From Toensbergia leucococca (taxonomy: Eukaryota): DNA of 64,000 nt. Where the stretch lies: assembly GCA_022813965.1 (NCBI GenBank), contig JALDZS010000100.1:1-64000 (forward strand). Direction: 5' to 3'. The stretch's first letter is position 1, and every line of letters starts with the position of its first letter. The translations under genes were made by a program, and so were the position numbers. Below the pieces are notes generated by a model. That model saw nothing but the letters and a program-made list of their open reading frames with translations, had not been told where the DNA came from and did not search any database. Of the stretch, positions 25,504-37,246 are shown one piece after another.

Positions 25504-26735
25504 GGGAGATTTCTGACGTGGTTGAAACACCTAATTACAATTATGAGACTAAAGATGAAGAGAAATAATGCTGAAGCAGAGAATATGATTCTTCATTGAA
25601 ATATGCGTGGGTAGAAAGAGAAAAGGTGCAATCCCAACATAGAACCACGAAATTGTTTAAAAAGCATTCACCAAAGAGTCAGTGGGCAGAAAATGGTCAT
25701 AGCTCCCTTATCCTTATCCACCTCTGGCCGTATTTATCCGGAGGCCACCAGACCACTTCAAGCATACGAGTACTCTATCCCCCATCCATAAAAGCTGCGC
25801 TCTTGGCGACAAACGTTCACCTTATTTTGCCCGACAACATCAAAGCGTGCCAATCCCCAAACTGATCAGTATTAGCTAGTACGAGTAGTGTCGCACAATC
25901 AATGTTCAGTTACTCAGCTAAAGTTTCAAAGAAAAATGCAGATTGTGCTCCCAAAGGATGACTGACTGACCTGACAAGGTGAATGTCTCGTAGCACTGAG
26001 CACTGAAAACCTACCATCATATCCAAGCTTCAGCCCAACCGCCCAATGGGTGTGCTAGCGCGTTAGGGCATAGGTATAGGGCCTCGATCCAGAATGAGCA
26101 TATTGCACCAGAACCCAACCCATTGCACTCTGGCTTGGAATGCGCACGTCTGGATGGAGAAAAGCACTGCTGTCAGTCATATGATTGCCGAAGTTTCCAG
26201 CTCAGCACGGTACTGGAGGCTAGCATGGCTCCATGTTCTCGAGCAGCAGTGTTCTCCAAGTAGAAGTAAACACAGTGCATCTTTCAGACAATATGATTAA
26301 AATATCCTACACCTATCCCATGGCCTTGGTATCACAATCGACAAATCCCTCTGCCCAAATCCTTTCCAAATCGTGCCTGCGCACAGAAATCTATAACATC
26401 AAGTCCCACCCACGCCGGTAAAACCCTCCCAGACAACTTTTGTGAGGCTACAGCAGACTGGTGCTGCTCCTAGAATCGAATAGATCTGATGAATGTACAA
26501 GCGAAGAAAGTAAAGCGTACATAGTCTTCTATGACCCGTCCGACTATTAAAAAATCTTCTGTGCTGGACGTCATGGCCGGAAATGGTACAGTGATCAATG
26601 GCTGCTTTGACGGTTGCACCCGACTGTCGACAATCGTTTTCGTACGAAGGCTAGACCCCCGAGACCAGGCCCAAAAACCTGGTTCAAGATTTTGGATTCT
26701 CGGACGCTTCCAGCCACAATCGAGGCTCGAAGTTC

Positions 26736-27844
26736 CTAGTAGGGCTCACCGCCTGAGCCGTTGTGGCCGGAGCCGACAATGGGAGGATAGACATTGCCGT
26801 AGGGACTGCTTTCTTGTTCTGTCGTATCGAGACCATGAGGACTGAGAATATTATTCGCTCCCTCGGCTTGCGTTTGGTAGGCGGTTGATGATGGCGCAGC
26901 GAGGGGTCCACTGACGGCACCGGGCGGTGCTCCAGTCGTTCCATAGCCGCTACTTGGCCTTTGGTTGTCACCCCTGGCGGATTGAGTCTTGTGCCAGTCA
27001 ATTACACTGCCCGAAGGATCCTGCGAAATTGAGACCGCAGAACAGACCAGGCAAAAGAGGAAAGAGACAAAGGTGGCTTACTTCTCGATATTTAGATAAA
27101 TAAATCTTTAGTGCTTCGGCATAATTTTCGAAGCCGAGCGATGTCATCGCAAAGAGAATGTCTTCGCCGTTGACCGTCTTCCGTTTCTCCTGCTGACATT
27201 TCTCCGAGGCTGGAGCAGAGACGAGGGTTAGAAAATTGGGGAATCGAGTGGTCAGGGGCTCAAGAACGCGTACCTTCGCTGGTGATAAAGGAGATGAACT
27301 CGCTCACGCATTCTTGCATGCATTCTTTGGCTTCTTTGGCAATTTTGGCACTTTCGGGCAAGGCAGTCTTCATGATCCGGGCGACTGGTGCAAAGTTACG
27401 AATATTAGCATCAGATGCGAGACTATGCCTAGGACCACGCTGTGGTGAAATGGAGTGCGGGGATTCGCGGGACATCATGAGCTCCCACTGGCTGTGTAGC
27501 TTTAACCATAGAGAATGAAGAAAAGGATGCTGGTGCAGATCTTGACTATCTGATGAACGAGACCAGTAAAAAGCGCCTCCAAGGTGTGCTACTGTGAGAA
27601 GCGACACTTGTGCGGGCCCTCATCATTGTGCGGCGACGGGGGCTAGATACTCGAAAATCATAGGAGGGCGTTGATGCATGAATAACCAACCATTTGCTAT
27701 CGGTAACCACCTATCCTGCTCCTTCACATCAAACTCATAGGCAAGCTCTCGCGTGGGATCTGGATCGCCTCTATCCATCTCGGAGTTTGCAGGCGACGGA
27801 GCTCCTGCTTCTACATCCATCTCTTTCGGCGGGGAATCCGACAT
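26736..27844 (-). CDS. HAP3: CCAAT-binding complex subunit Hap3/HapC (NF-YB)
   Basis: [92 protein letters not shown]; intron 1 is 27385-27690 (306 nt). Confidence 0.97.
27408..27631 (-). ncRNA. Candidate intronic box C/D snoRNA in HAP3 intron 1
   Basis: C box ATGATGA (27626-27620), D' CAGA (27552-27549), C' ATGATGT (~27478-27472), D box CTGA (27414-27411), short terminal stem gca/tgc; GGTCTCGTTC upstream of D' is complementary to conserved 18S GAACGAGACC. Confidence 0.7.
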
Positions 27845-28984
27845 GATGTATAAGGTCCCCTGCAGCAGCGGAAATTTGCTTCCTCACAATCGGTTGGACG
27901 GTCAGCCCACGTTGGGTGTCGACGGCCACGTCAGTTGGCCCGGATCTCAATGACTTCAGCGCTGACGTGCGTCGAGCCGGGGCAGGTCTTGCTTCACGGC
28001 AGCCTAGGGTAGACTTGAAAGCTACAGCTGCACCAATTGACTAGGGGATGGGCGACAATGCACAACCGGACATTCGAGACAGGGTACAGTGGCACCAAGG
28101 CTTTCCGTGCCAAGTTTCAACGGATCGACGACAATAGGTCGAAGGAGCGGATACGAACAGATGTGGCAGGGTCGCGACTTGCTATGGCTAGAGGATTGGG
28201 GTAGTACGAGAGTCGTTGGGCCTCAAAGACCATTGGAGACCTGAAGACTAGGGCTTAGCTTGAGCAAGAGCGCATAGGTACCAGGATGGTGCGAAAGTTA
28301 CCCACCGACGTGTTGGAAGCGCAACTATCAGGATGTCGCGCGAGAGCCTTGGGATGGCTTTAGGCGCAATGAAAGTCAGGAACGAAGCGCAGGCGGTAAC
28401 TAATGAAAGCGAAGGAATCGAGTCCGAGGAGCTTGGTGTTGACTGTGGCCAATCCAAGTAATGTTTCAGAATACACGACCGGTCCTTTGGGTCAATCCAC
28501 GGAGATTACGCTGCCTCGATCTAGAATACGAACACCCCAACAGCGGCAAACGCGTGTAAAGACGCCTTGTGCAGGCTGTATTTGCTTTTTCAAGATGGCT
28601 GATAGATGTCATGGCTTCTGGGGAATCATACCGAGTCATGACTGGTCAGGACGGAGCTGGGTACGCGACTACTGCGGCAGCCTCAGATAGCTACGAGTAC
28701 GAGAACTAAGTACTAGTATGAAGCAGGTGTGGATAATCAAGACCAAGCCCAAAATGAATCTCACAATCTTTTTTATTATTGCTATCACCTTCCCATTAGT
28801 AGTCGAGGTGGTTAGCTATTCATCCTTCGGCCATCCATCCCGCGGATCCTCCCCGAACCGCGTGGGGTGAGGGTTTAATCATCCACTACTCAGTGACCGC
28901 TTTGGGTCCTCACGCCCAAATATCCCACTCTTTTCTTACTATCCTACCATCCTACTATCTTCCAAGCCATCTCTAATACCGTAG

Positions 28985-29441
28985 GCAAGCACACGCTGTC
29001 GCCCTATAACAAAGCTTTGGCAAAGCAGACCTTGCGCTCCCTCCATGCCACCGCTGGGTTACACGACAGGTAAAGCCGATTATAGAATGATCCTTGAACA
29101 TTATCGAGGCTTGCCATCCTTATCAGACTTTCAGAAGTACACAGCGGCAGATGTTCCTTGTACAGAGTATAATGGTGGTGTGTGGAAAAGACCGTTTTGT
29201 GCATATTTGCCCCATCCGCTCAAAGGGTTCAGATAAAGTGCTCGGCGCTATCTTCATAGAACTGTTAATAAGTAGATAGCGGACTGTTGCCACGAAAAAA
29301 TCATCAGCGTTGGTATGAAGCAGCCTCATTTCTTACACAGTGCTCAGCATGTCGTTGGCATGTCCACTCAGATGTCTAGATTTGCTGGTACCTTGCTTGG
29401 CCAAATGTGAGACTCACCCTATGAATGGACTGCCCACAATA
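28985..29441 (+). ncRNA. Candidate H/ACA-type structured RNA(s) inside an orphan intron
   Basis: Putative intron GTAGGC 28981 .. GCTAAC 29458 .. TAG 29479; serial hairpins followed by ANANNA boxes (29082, 29231) and a terminal hairpin followed by ACA (29436). Confidence 0.4.
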
Positions 29442-29947
29442 TTAGCACAGAGGGCAGGCTAACCATTGACGGCTTTTAGCTGCATGTACCATGTGCCAGC
29501 TCAGACGCAGCCACACTTCTTCTACAGCCTCGCTCGACGTGCATGACTAAGGCTTTCGGAAAGTCAAAGATCGATTGGTGGGAACAAACCAAGGCCTGTA
29601 TTTGCCGGATCCTTGGCTGCTTTCGAAATATCGGGAATTTATGTTGACGACTAGCCTCATACTCTATTTAATATCGTGGTCTGAGAAAGAGTCAAGTTGG
29701 GCATGGTTGCATAAGTCGGATGCACACAAAACTTCCGATGTCGTCGAGGGCATCCATGACGTATCATGGCTTTGATTCAGCGGCCAAAGCTCGATGGTCA
29801 TGGGATCTCTTGTTTCAATTGATATGGAGATGGCTTATTTAATTGCAAGCTTACCTTGGCTGACAAAAGCTTATGTGTGACCTGCTGTACACTCTGTTGC
29901 ATTGTATACTATGCCGGAAAAATCTAGCCATGGTTGAAGTGGTGATG

Positions 29948-30595
29948 CTATTGCTGGACAACTTGAATGTTGTTCTTTTTCTGAAACAGCACTTTTATCA
30001 GCGGAAATTTGCATCAGCAGGCAATGTCACTTGCAAGCAGCTGCAACGTGTGAAGAGTAGCATGATTGAATTCTCAAAATTCGCAGCACTTACCTTCCAT
30101 TTTTCCAAATCGTCTTGCTGGCGCTTATATTGCTTCAACAGCTCCTCCAAGACTTTCTTGAGCCCTTCGGAATTTGTCTGCAGCGCGGGCATCACATCCT
30201 TCACCGTTCTTTCCACCAAAACGCCATTGATCATACGAAAACACTTCCGGTCTTGGGGTAGCGGATTCAACGTCTCTAGTACAAGCCTGTGAAGCAGAAC
30301 GGCGGTCAGCATAGGCTTTTGGTGGTGTGAGTTACATGGAATGGATGTTAGAGGAACACTTCGGAGGGACGAGCTAGAACCCTCTTAGCGGTTTAATTAG
30401 TTCAGGAAGCGTACTTGTGCTCCTCCGTCTCTTGCTCAACATCCCCAATTTTCTGAGCTAGTTGTTGCAGATTATTCTTGTAGGCCGTGTATTGCTGCTG
30501 GAGCTCTGTGCCAGAATCTTAGCAATAGCCGCGCCAATAGTCGTTCGTGATGTGTAACCTTGCTGTCTCTTAACAGTGATCTGCTGCTGCGCCAT
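29948..30595 (-). CDS. GIM4: Prefoldin subunit 2
   Basis: MAQQQITVKRQQ|ELQQQYTAYKNNLQQLAQKIGDVEQETEEHK|LVLETLNPLPQDRKCFRMINGVLVERTVKDVMPAL..EKWK|KKNNIQVVQQ*. Confidence 0.95.
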
Positions 30596-30826
30596 CACCT
30601 CTCTTGCATCGAGAATTCAAAGATATGAGGTTGGTATGAGACGGGAAAAAGTTCATCTTTTTAGGTCAAGGGACTTTGCGCCTTAAGGCTGAGGAGGCGT
30701 TGTAGGGCTGAGACATATTCGCTTCCAAGTCCAGAACCTCGGAAACATCTGAAACCTGAGAGCTCCCCAACAGCCCAATCCATTCTTTCCTCAGTCCGGC
30801 AGTTGTGGCCTCATCAGACCACCGCC

Positions 30827-31139
30827 ATGCATCCACATCTCCACACAAAAGACAATAGAGGTACTCCTCTCTCTCAACTTTCCCCCCTCAAACCACCTAC
30901 GGCCGTCGCTGAAAATAATCCCAAATACAGGCTGCGAAGAAGTCATGCAAGTCCTCGACGAGTGCCATGCCCGCGGCTTCCTCTACAAATCAATCGGAAT
31001 GTGCAACAAAGCAAAAGAGGACGTGAACATGTGTCTGAGAGCGGAGCGATTGGAGAGGACGGCGCGGAACAGGGATCTGGCCAAGCGGGAACGGGAGAGG
31101 ATCAAGCGGGTATGGGAGGAGATTGATGCGAATTCATGA
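30827..31139 (+). CDS. CMC2: Twin Cx9C mitochondrial COX assembly protein
   Basis: MHPHLHTKDNR|GCEEVMQVLDECH..GMCNKAKEDVNMCLRAER; one intron (30861-30930). Confidence 0.9.
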
Positions 31140-32053
31140 CGGTCGTATGGGCGCGAGGCATATTTGGGAGGCTTGCAAGTGGGTTTGAAGAGCCCGTTGA
31201 TGTATGATGGGAAGGGGGGAGGGAGCTTGGGCGGGTATTGCACGGTGTTCTGATGACTGATGATTTATGATGGAATCAGCCCAGTGAACTACAGGTAAAT
31301 GTCTATCCTTGTCTTCAGATCATCTTCTGTCCCGTTAGTCTTCTTAAAGACTATCAAACCTCGTAACGCCTTAAGTGAAATGATCACTGAATCCTCCATA
31401 GCATTACACTTCAACAGCGCTTTTGATGTCCTAGAAGAACCTGATCAGGCTCCTCTCACTATTCCGTATGGTCGCTACCACCTCAGCTCAAAAATTTGAC
31501 TCATACTGCCCTGTGCAGTATCGTCAAAGAGGTCATAACCGCCATGTACATTAAAGGAGTTTAGGGGGTTTTCCGAATGCGAGGAGCCCCTTGCCAAAAT
31601 CTTTCTGGTATGAAATGAAAACAGTATGCTTAGAAACGAATCTATTTTCTTTAGCAGTAAGGAAGAATACCAATATGATTCTAAGAATCCTCTGGTACCC
31701 CATAACGTACCCAAGACTACAACATTGATGTCGATCATGTGTGAAGCTCAACGAATGCCACAATTAATCTTGAGGTATACAGTATCTGTCAGAAGAGGAA
31801 CAACCCGGTATGGATGCTTCCGTGTGGCTCCGCTTGACCACAACGCGCTCTTGCTCACAGGCTGTCATGCATGGAAACAGTCCCATTGGATAACTATCTC
31901 ATTTTTGCCCGAGTCTTGATTGGCTCTTAGCACATACTAGAGATCCTCCGAGAAGCTGGGGTTAAAAAAATCTCATGACTTCAACGTGAAATGCCCACAA
32001 GCCGAACGTATAGGTTTCGCACGCATGATGTTCACTCATTAGCCTTCGTCTTA

Positions 32054-33845
32054 CTAGGACTCTCTTATAGACTTCTCTCTGCTGGTAATGGCCTGGGAAG
32101 ATATAAGACATGCCGGGTTTAAAAGCGGATCGTCCCTTTGCGCAGATGTTGCCGTCCAGTCACCCGTACTCGCATCACAGCATACAGTCCCGTTTGGCGC
32201 TTGCACCGTTGTATCGACTTTCTCTGCTGGATCTTCCCATACTATCCTTGTCTGCGAGAGGCAGCAGGCGTGGGAGACATACGTGCAATTGCATGGACAA
32301 GTAAGCTCAGGTGCAAGTGGGTCTTGAACAGGAACAGTAGCCGTGGCCGCGATGTCAAGCGTCCCATTGGCATCAAGGGTACACCTTCCGCGGCAATCGC
32401 TAGCATACTGAGCAGCAACAGCCACCACGGCCGCTGCGTTAGCCACAAAGGTGCAAGAAAATGTGCCCCAAGTACTACTGAGAGGAATTCCCTTATCCGA
32501 TGCGCAAATGCAATCACTGTTGATATCACATTCGCTGGGATCCGCGCATGATCCGCCACACCGTGAGGTTTCTTGATTTACGGAAGCTGGCGAGTTTGGG
32601 GCCGGGTCCACTTTTGGTTTCTTTGATGGTGATCCGAAGTATGCGTCACACATTGCAGCCCCCAAATCATCTGCAACACAGAGCATATGACTTTGCAAAA
32701 GTTGTTCAAAGTCAGAATCCGTGCCGCTGATGAATATACCAATCGATCCACTTGCCTGGCCTACAATGGATTAGTGAGAACTATCAAAGCAGACAGCCAC
32801 TAGTTTCGAAGATGCGAGTCACTTGCCTGCGGTAGTCCATCCACCGACACCTAAAGGTATCACGCACTTTTGACGAATTGCGTTTACACGGCCCCAAATA
32901 TAAGGCCAATCTTCCAAGTCTGATGATTGAGCATTGGAGCTCCACAACATGTCTAGAGAGGCGGTACAGCGACCTATCTCAATTAGTGTACGAATGATAA
33001 ACCACAATCGAGGAGCCTGCTACTTACCATACCTAATAGAGTAGGGAGTGTCAACCCGTGGGTAATTTCCGAAAATTGACGGCGCACCTTGGTTGAGGAA
33101 TTCATACAGATCTTGAGGCCGAGTAGCGGTACCTATGATAGTCCCTATTTGCACGTTTACCTCGATACAATCCGAATCGACTACATGGCCGTACACAGAA
33201 CCACTGCAAACAATACGGTCAAGTGTCGATGAATCCCGATATTGAGGGCTTTCACACGCGACAGCAGGAGGATTTGGGTTTGGTTCGGCATTTTCGCCCC
33301 GGCTACACTGTGCCGGTATTCCAGCTATAGCGTCAAGTGGCGATGCAGGTATGTTCTGTGAAGGATTGGCACACCAGCAAGACTGTTGGCAGGCTGTCTT
33401 AAGGTAAGTGGAATCCGGCGGGCCAGTGAAGAGGGATGTGCGAGGCCATGTTGGGATTAGTGTACCGGCAGGTATTGCATGACCATTCATAGCGGCAGGA
33501 ATTTCAGCTTGCACACTACCCAGAACTTCAACATCAAGATCGACTTTGAAGGCGCACCAATCACCAACCATGTGTATCCCATACCTGCAGGGAATTGAGC
33601 GCACAGAGCGGTGATACTACCGAAGGCTAAGACTTGCAAATCGTGTGCGCTGGGAGGGAAGGATCTAGGAGCAGGTATATTTCCATAGCATTCGAGTACC
33701 TGAGATGCAGTGTTAGCGGCGTTGACTCAATGGAGGCGGGATGAAGGGCCGAAGGTACCCAAGCAGCAGCAGTGAAAGTCTGCAATGAGAAAAGAAGCGA
33801 GAGTATCAGGATTCGGACGGATAAGGTCAAGAGATGGCAAAGCAT
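32054..33845 (-). CDS. Secreted multi-domain cysteine-rich protein (effector-like); frame ambiguous near 33570
   Basis: Signal peptide MLCHLLTLSVRILILSLLFSL; several introns including a GC-AG donor (GCAAGT ~32826); Cys-rich modules CQQSCWC, C..YG....DC..P...GRC..W..I..KCV...GG, CGGSC...C...DCICA, CPCNCTYVSHACC. Confidence 0.65.
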
Positions 33846-34828
33846 CTTCGTAGTCATGAGGAGCATATAGCAGCGAGAAGATAGCGAGGGAAGCTGTTCA
33901 TACCAACGAAGGGACACTCCAGTATCAGGGTGGCGGAATAGAAGGGGAACATCAGAGGTAGCCGTGAGTAGCAATTGACATACCCGTAGGCGTAACATGT
34001 TGAACATCTAGACTTGCAACGAGTGTTTCAAAACTTGTCCTGTATAAGGCTAAAAGGTAACAAGGCCAGTAGTATCGCATAAAGGCTGGCGAAACAGTAA
34101 CAAGCGCAAAGGGACTCGTCAGGGAAGTCTTGGTTTTTGATAATCAACAAGTTTGATGTATCATATTGCATGTCAATAGGCACTCAACTCTTTGCATAAC
34201 ATGATAGAAAGTAAAGAAAGTGTTCTACCTAGTTCTAGGAATAGAAATAATGTCAGGAATTTGTCTCTCTAAAAGAGCTCAGGGTTTCCGCGTAGCACAC
34301 ACCCGCTCGCATATGGATTGACGATTATCAGTATTGCCGGTGATATTGCTACTGACAGGCTCAAAAGATTTTCGCCAACTCAGCTGCTTTTTGCCTCGTA
34401 CTGAGTTGTAAGTAAATGGGTGTCCTGTTGCCATTGAGTGGGACATATTGAGTCATGACCTTGACTCTATTTGATGAAGACTGAAAATCTTGTGATATTA
34501 ATGAGGTGTTGGGGCCTTAAAGATCAGCAAGGCCATAGAAACAAAGACCTCTTACGCAGACAGACAGTGCGCCCAGTAGAATGGAAATTCGTTGATGGAA
34601 GCTGACTCTCAGGATTCGAGATTCAAATTGCGGCTCGGTCGCCTCACTAGTGTAGCCTAATGTGAATATTTTACGGAGTACGGAGTAGGTAAGGTACGGA
34701 TTAAATGGGACCAAGAACGACAAGGCTAAAAACCTGAAAACCACCGCACTTGCGAACATCACCCGTAGACCGAGCCGAGCCAGCAAAGTAAAGCATCAAC
34801 CATTCCCAAATCTCCACCAGCCGCAAAA

Positions 34829-35923
34829 ATGCGAGGTAAAAGGTCAAAGCAGTACCGTAAGCTGATGCAGCAATACGGTCTGACCTTCGGCTTCAGAGAG
34901 CCCTATCAGATTCTCGGTACACCCCCCTCCCACCCCCCAATCTTTTATGCTTTCAGACGAGACAGCTAACGGGGCATTTCGCGCTCGTTGCAGTGGACGC
35001 GCAAATGATCCAAGACACCGACCGCTTCAAGATGGATCTCATCACTAGCTTAGAACGCACACTCCACGGCAAGGTGAAGCCGAGTACGACACTGGCACTT
35101 TGAACCCCCCACTCTTCCTTCCTCAATGCTGACTCCACCCCCTTTTGCGCCAGTGATCACCCAATGTTCGATCCGTCACCTCTACACTTCCCCGCTCCCC
35201 TCCTCTCAAAAAGAAGCCCTCATCAACACGGCCAAAGCGATGGAACGCCGGCGCTGCGGCCACCATACCCTAGAGGCGCCTCTGTCCGCTCTCGAATGCA
35301 TCTCAAATGTGCTGGATTCGAAGGGGCAAGGGACGAATAAGAATCGTTATGTGGTTGCTAGCCAGGAGGAGGAGGTAAGGAGGCATTGCCGTGGGATGAG
35401 AGGGGTGCCGCTCCTCTATGTCAAGAGGAGCGTTATGGTTATGGAACCGATGGCGGAGAGGAGTGTGAGTGTTAGGGAGGGGATTGAGCGCGAAAAGTTT
35501 AGGGCTGGCTTGAGAGGAAGGGGGTTACGGGGAGGTGGAAAGAGGAAGCGAGAGGAGGAGGATAGTGCTGCCGAGGTGGAGAAGGCGGATCATGGCGCTG
35601 AAGGCGGCGCAGAGGGAGATAGGGCCATCAAAAGGATGAAGACCAAAGGCATGAAGGGACCGAATCCTCTGAGCGTAAAGAAGTCGCAGAAGGTGAAGAC
35701 TGGTCCGAGGGACGACGACGATGAACAGTTAGATTCTGACATGAAGATCCGGAAGATTGCAGGGTCTGAAGAGCTAGATTCTATGGTATTAGACATCGTT
35801 GAAGCGCCCTTGGGCGAAGCACAAGATAGCCTTGTGAAGAGGAAGAGGAAACGTAAACACAAGTCAAGCAAGGAGGAAGCTCTCAGAATGGCAAATCAGA
35901 TTAGCATCGAAGCAACCGAATAG
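34829..35923 (+). CDS. UTP23: SSU processome PIN-domain protein Utp23
   Basis: MRGKRSKQYRKLMQQYGLTFGFREPYQIL|VDAQMI..GKVKP|VITQCSIRHLY..ERRRCGH..NRYVVASQ..GVPLLYVKRSVMVMEP..KGPNPLSVKK. Confidence 0.95.
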
Positions 35924-36132
35924 GCTTCAGCTGCCCTGAATCACTTTCCAAGCTTAGTCCTGCATCCGTCTACATCTACGGGCGTCAAGAAAACATGAGA
36001 GAAACGTTGGCATCCTTCATGATGCATGAATAAGACAAGAGGCCCCTGAAACCCCACATTGACGGACGCGATAAGCTAAGAAGTCCCCCCCAATCTATCT
36101 TTCTCTTTAAGCGCATTCGTATCGCCGATGTC

Positions 36133-37058
36133 TTAGGAGTTACTCCGTAGGACCATGTCAGGATGGCTCAAGGGCCGATGTGTAGCACTTGATCCAGATG
36201 TCGAAGCACCTGGAAAAGGCTGGAAGCTTTCCCGCGCTTTGCCAAGTTGAGCCGATGCTGCAATAGGAAAGCCCGAATCTAGTGTTGAGGCACCGTGTAA
36301 GGCGATTGGAAAAGGTTCGAGGCTCTCGACCGGTTTCTCAACAGCGGTCCACGGAAGATTGCCTGTTCTTGATCTCATTCTTGAGGCACCTTGAAAATAC
36401 TCAAAATTCTGCGCTGTTGATACAGTGGCAATACCCGATTCTAATGTCGAGCCAGCCTGAAAGGAATTTGAATAGGGTTCAAAACTCTCCACCGGTTTTC
36501 CAGAAATAGCCCACGGAAGATTACTAGGGTCTGGTTTCCATGTCGAGGCACCTCGCGGAGGTTCATTTACTGCCGGTTGCGCCACTGCCTAATAATGAGA
36601 ACTGAACAACAATGGACTTTGCGGCTGAAGTACTCACTGTGCCAATTTGGTGTATACGTATATGCAGCTGCAGAACCATTATACATTTGATTCTCTTGTC
36701 TCAACCACTGGAAGTCCTTCTTTTGCTGCGTAATTACAATTTTACAAGCCATAACCAATTTCCTTAAGTCCTCAATCTGCTCTTTGCTTCGCTGGTCCAT
36801 CATCTGATAATGCCGGATGATATTGACTAAATGAGAAGTGTTCTCATTTGCCAGCTGCTCGTTCGTGGCGTCGGGACGCCAATCAACCACCATCGACGTT
36901 TGGAAATCACCGTCGCTCTTTTTGCTGATGTTGTCCAGTCTCATCGTCCCGCGGCTCTCATAGACTGTGTTCTGAAAACGAGGGACCCCTTCAACACTAA
37001 ATCTCGCCACCTCATGAGGTCTACCTTGTGTCTGCCAATTGTATTCGTTGTCTCCCAT
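36133..37058 (-). CDS. Hypothetical protein with coiled-coil and C-terminal ~55-aa degenerate repeats
   Basis: Two ORFs join in frame through a GTGAGT..CAG intron (~36585-36637); repeats GAS..NLPW...KPVES.EP....STL.SG. Confidence 0.5.
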
Positions 37059-37246
37059 AACGCTGCAGCGAAGAACATAGATAGGTGATGTGTATACTAA
37101 TAAAGCTTTGATATGGAGTAGTGTTGCGATGTAAAGCAACACTGTGATGTGAAGCGATGGGGTGTTGAGCCGGAGCTATGGGAAACCTGCATCCAGCAAC
37201 AGGGCAATGGATACTTTTTGATCATCTGGCAATTGCGCTAGTAGCT

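Noticed and set aside
29045..29236. 63-aa ORF as a protein-coding gene
   Set aside because: No recognisable family; it lies within a putative intron better explained by RNA structure. Not fully excluded.
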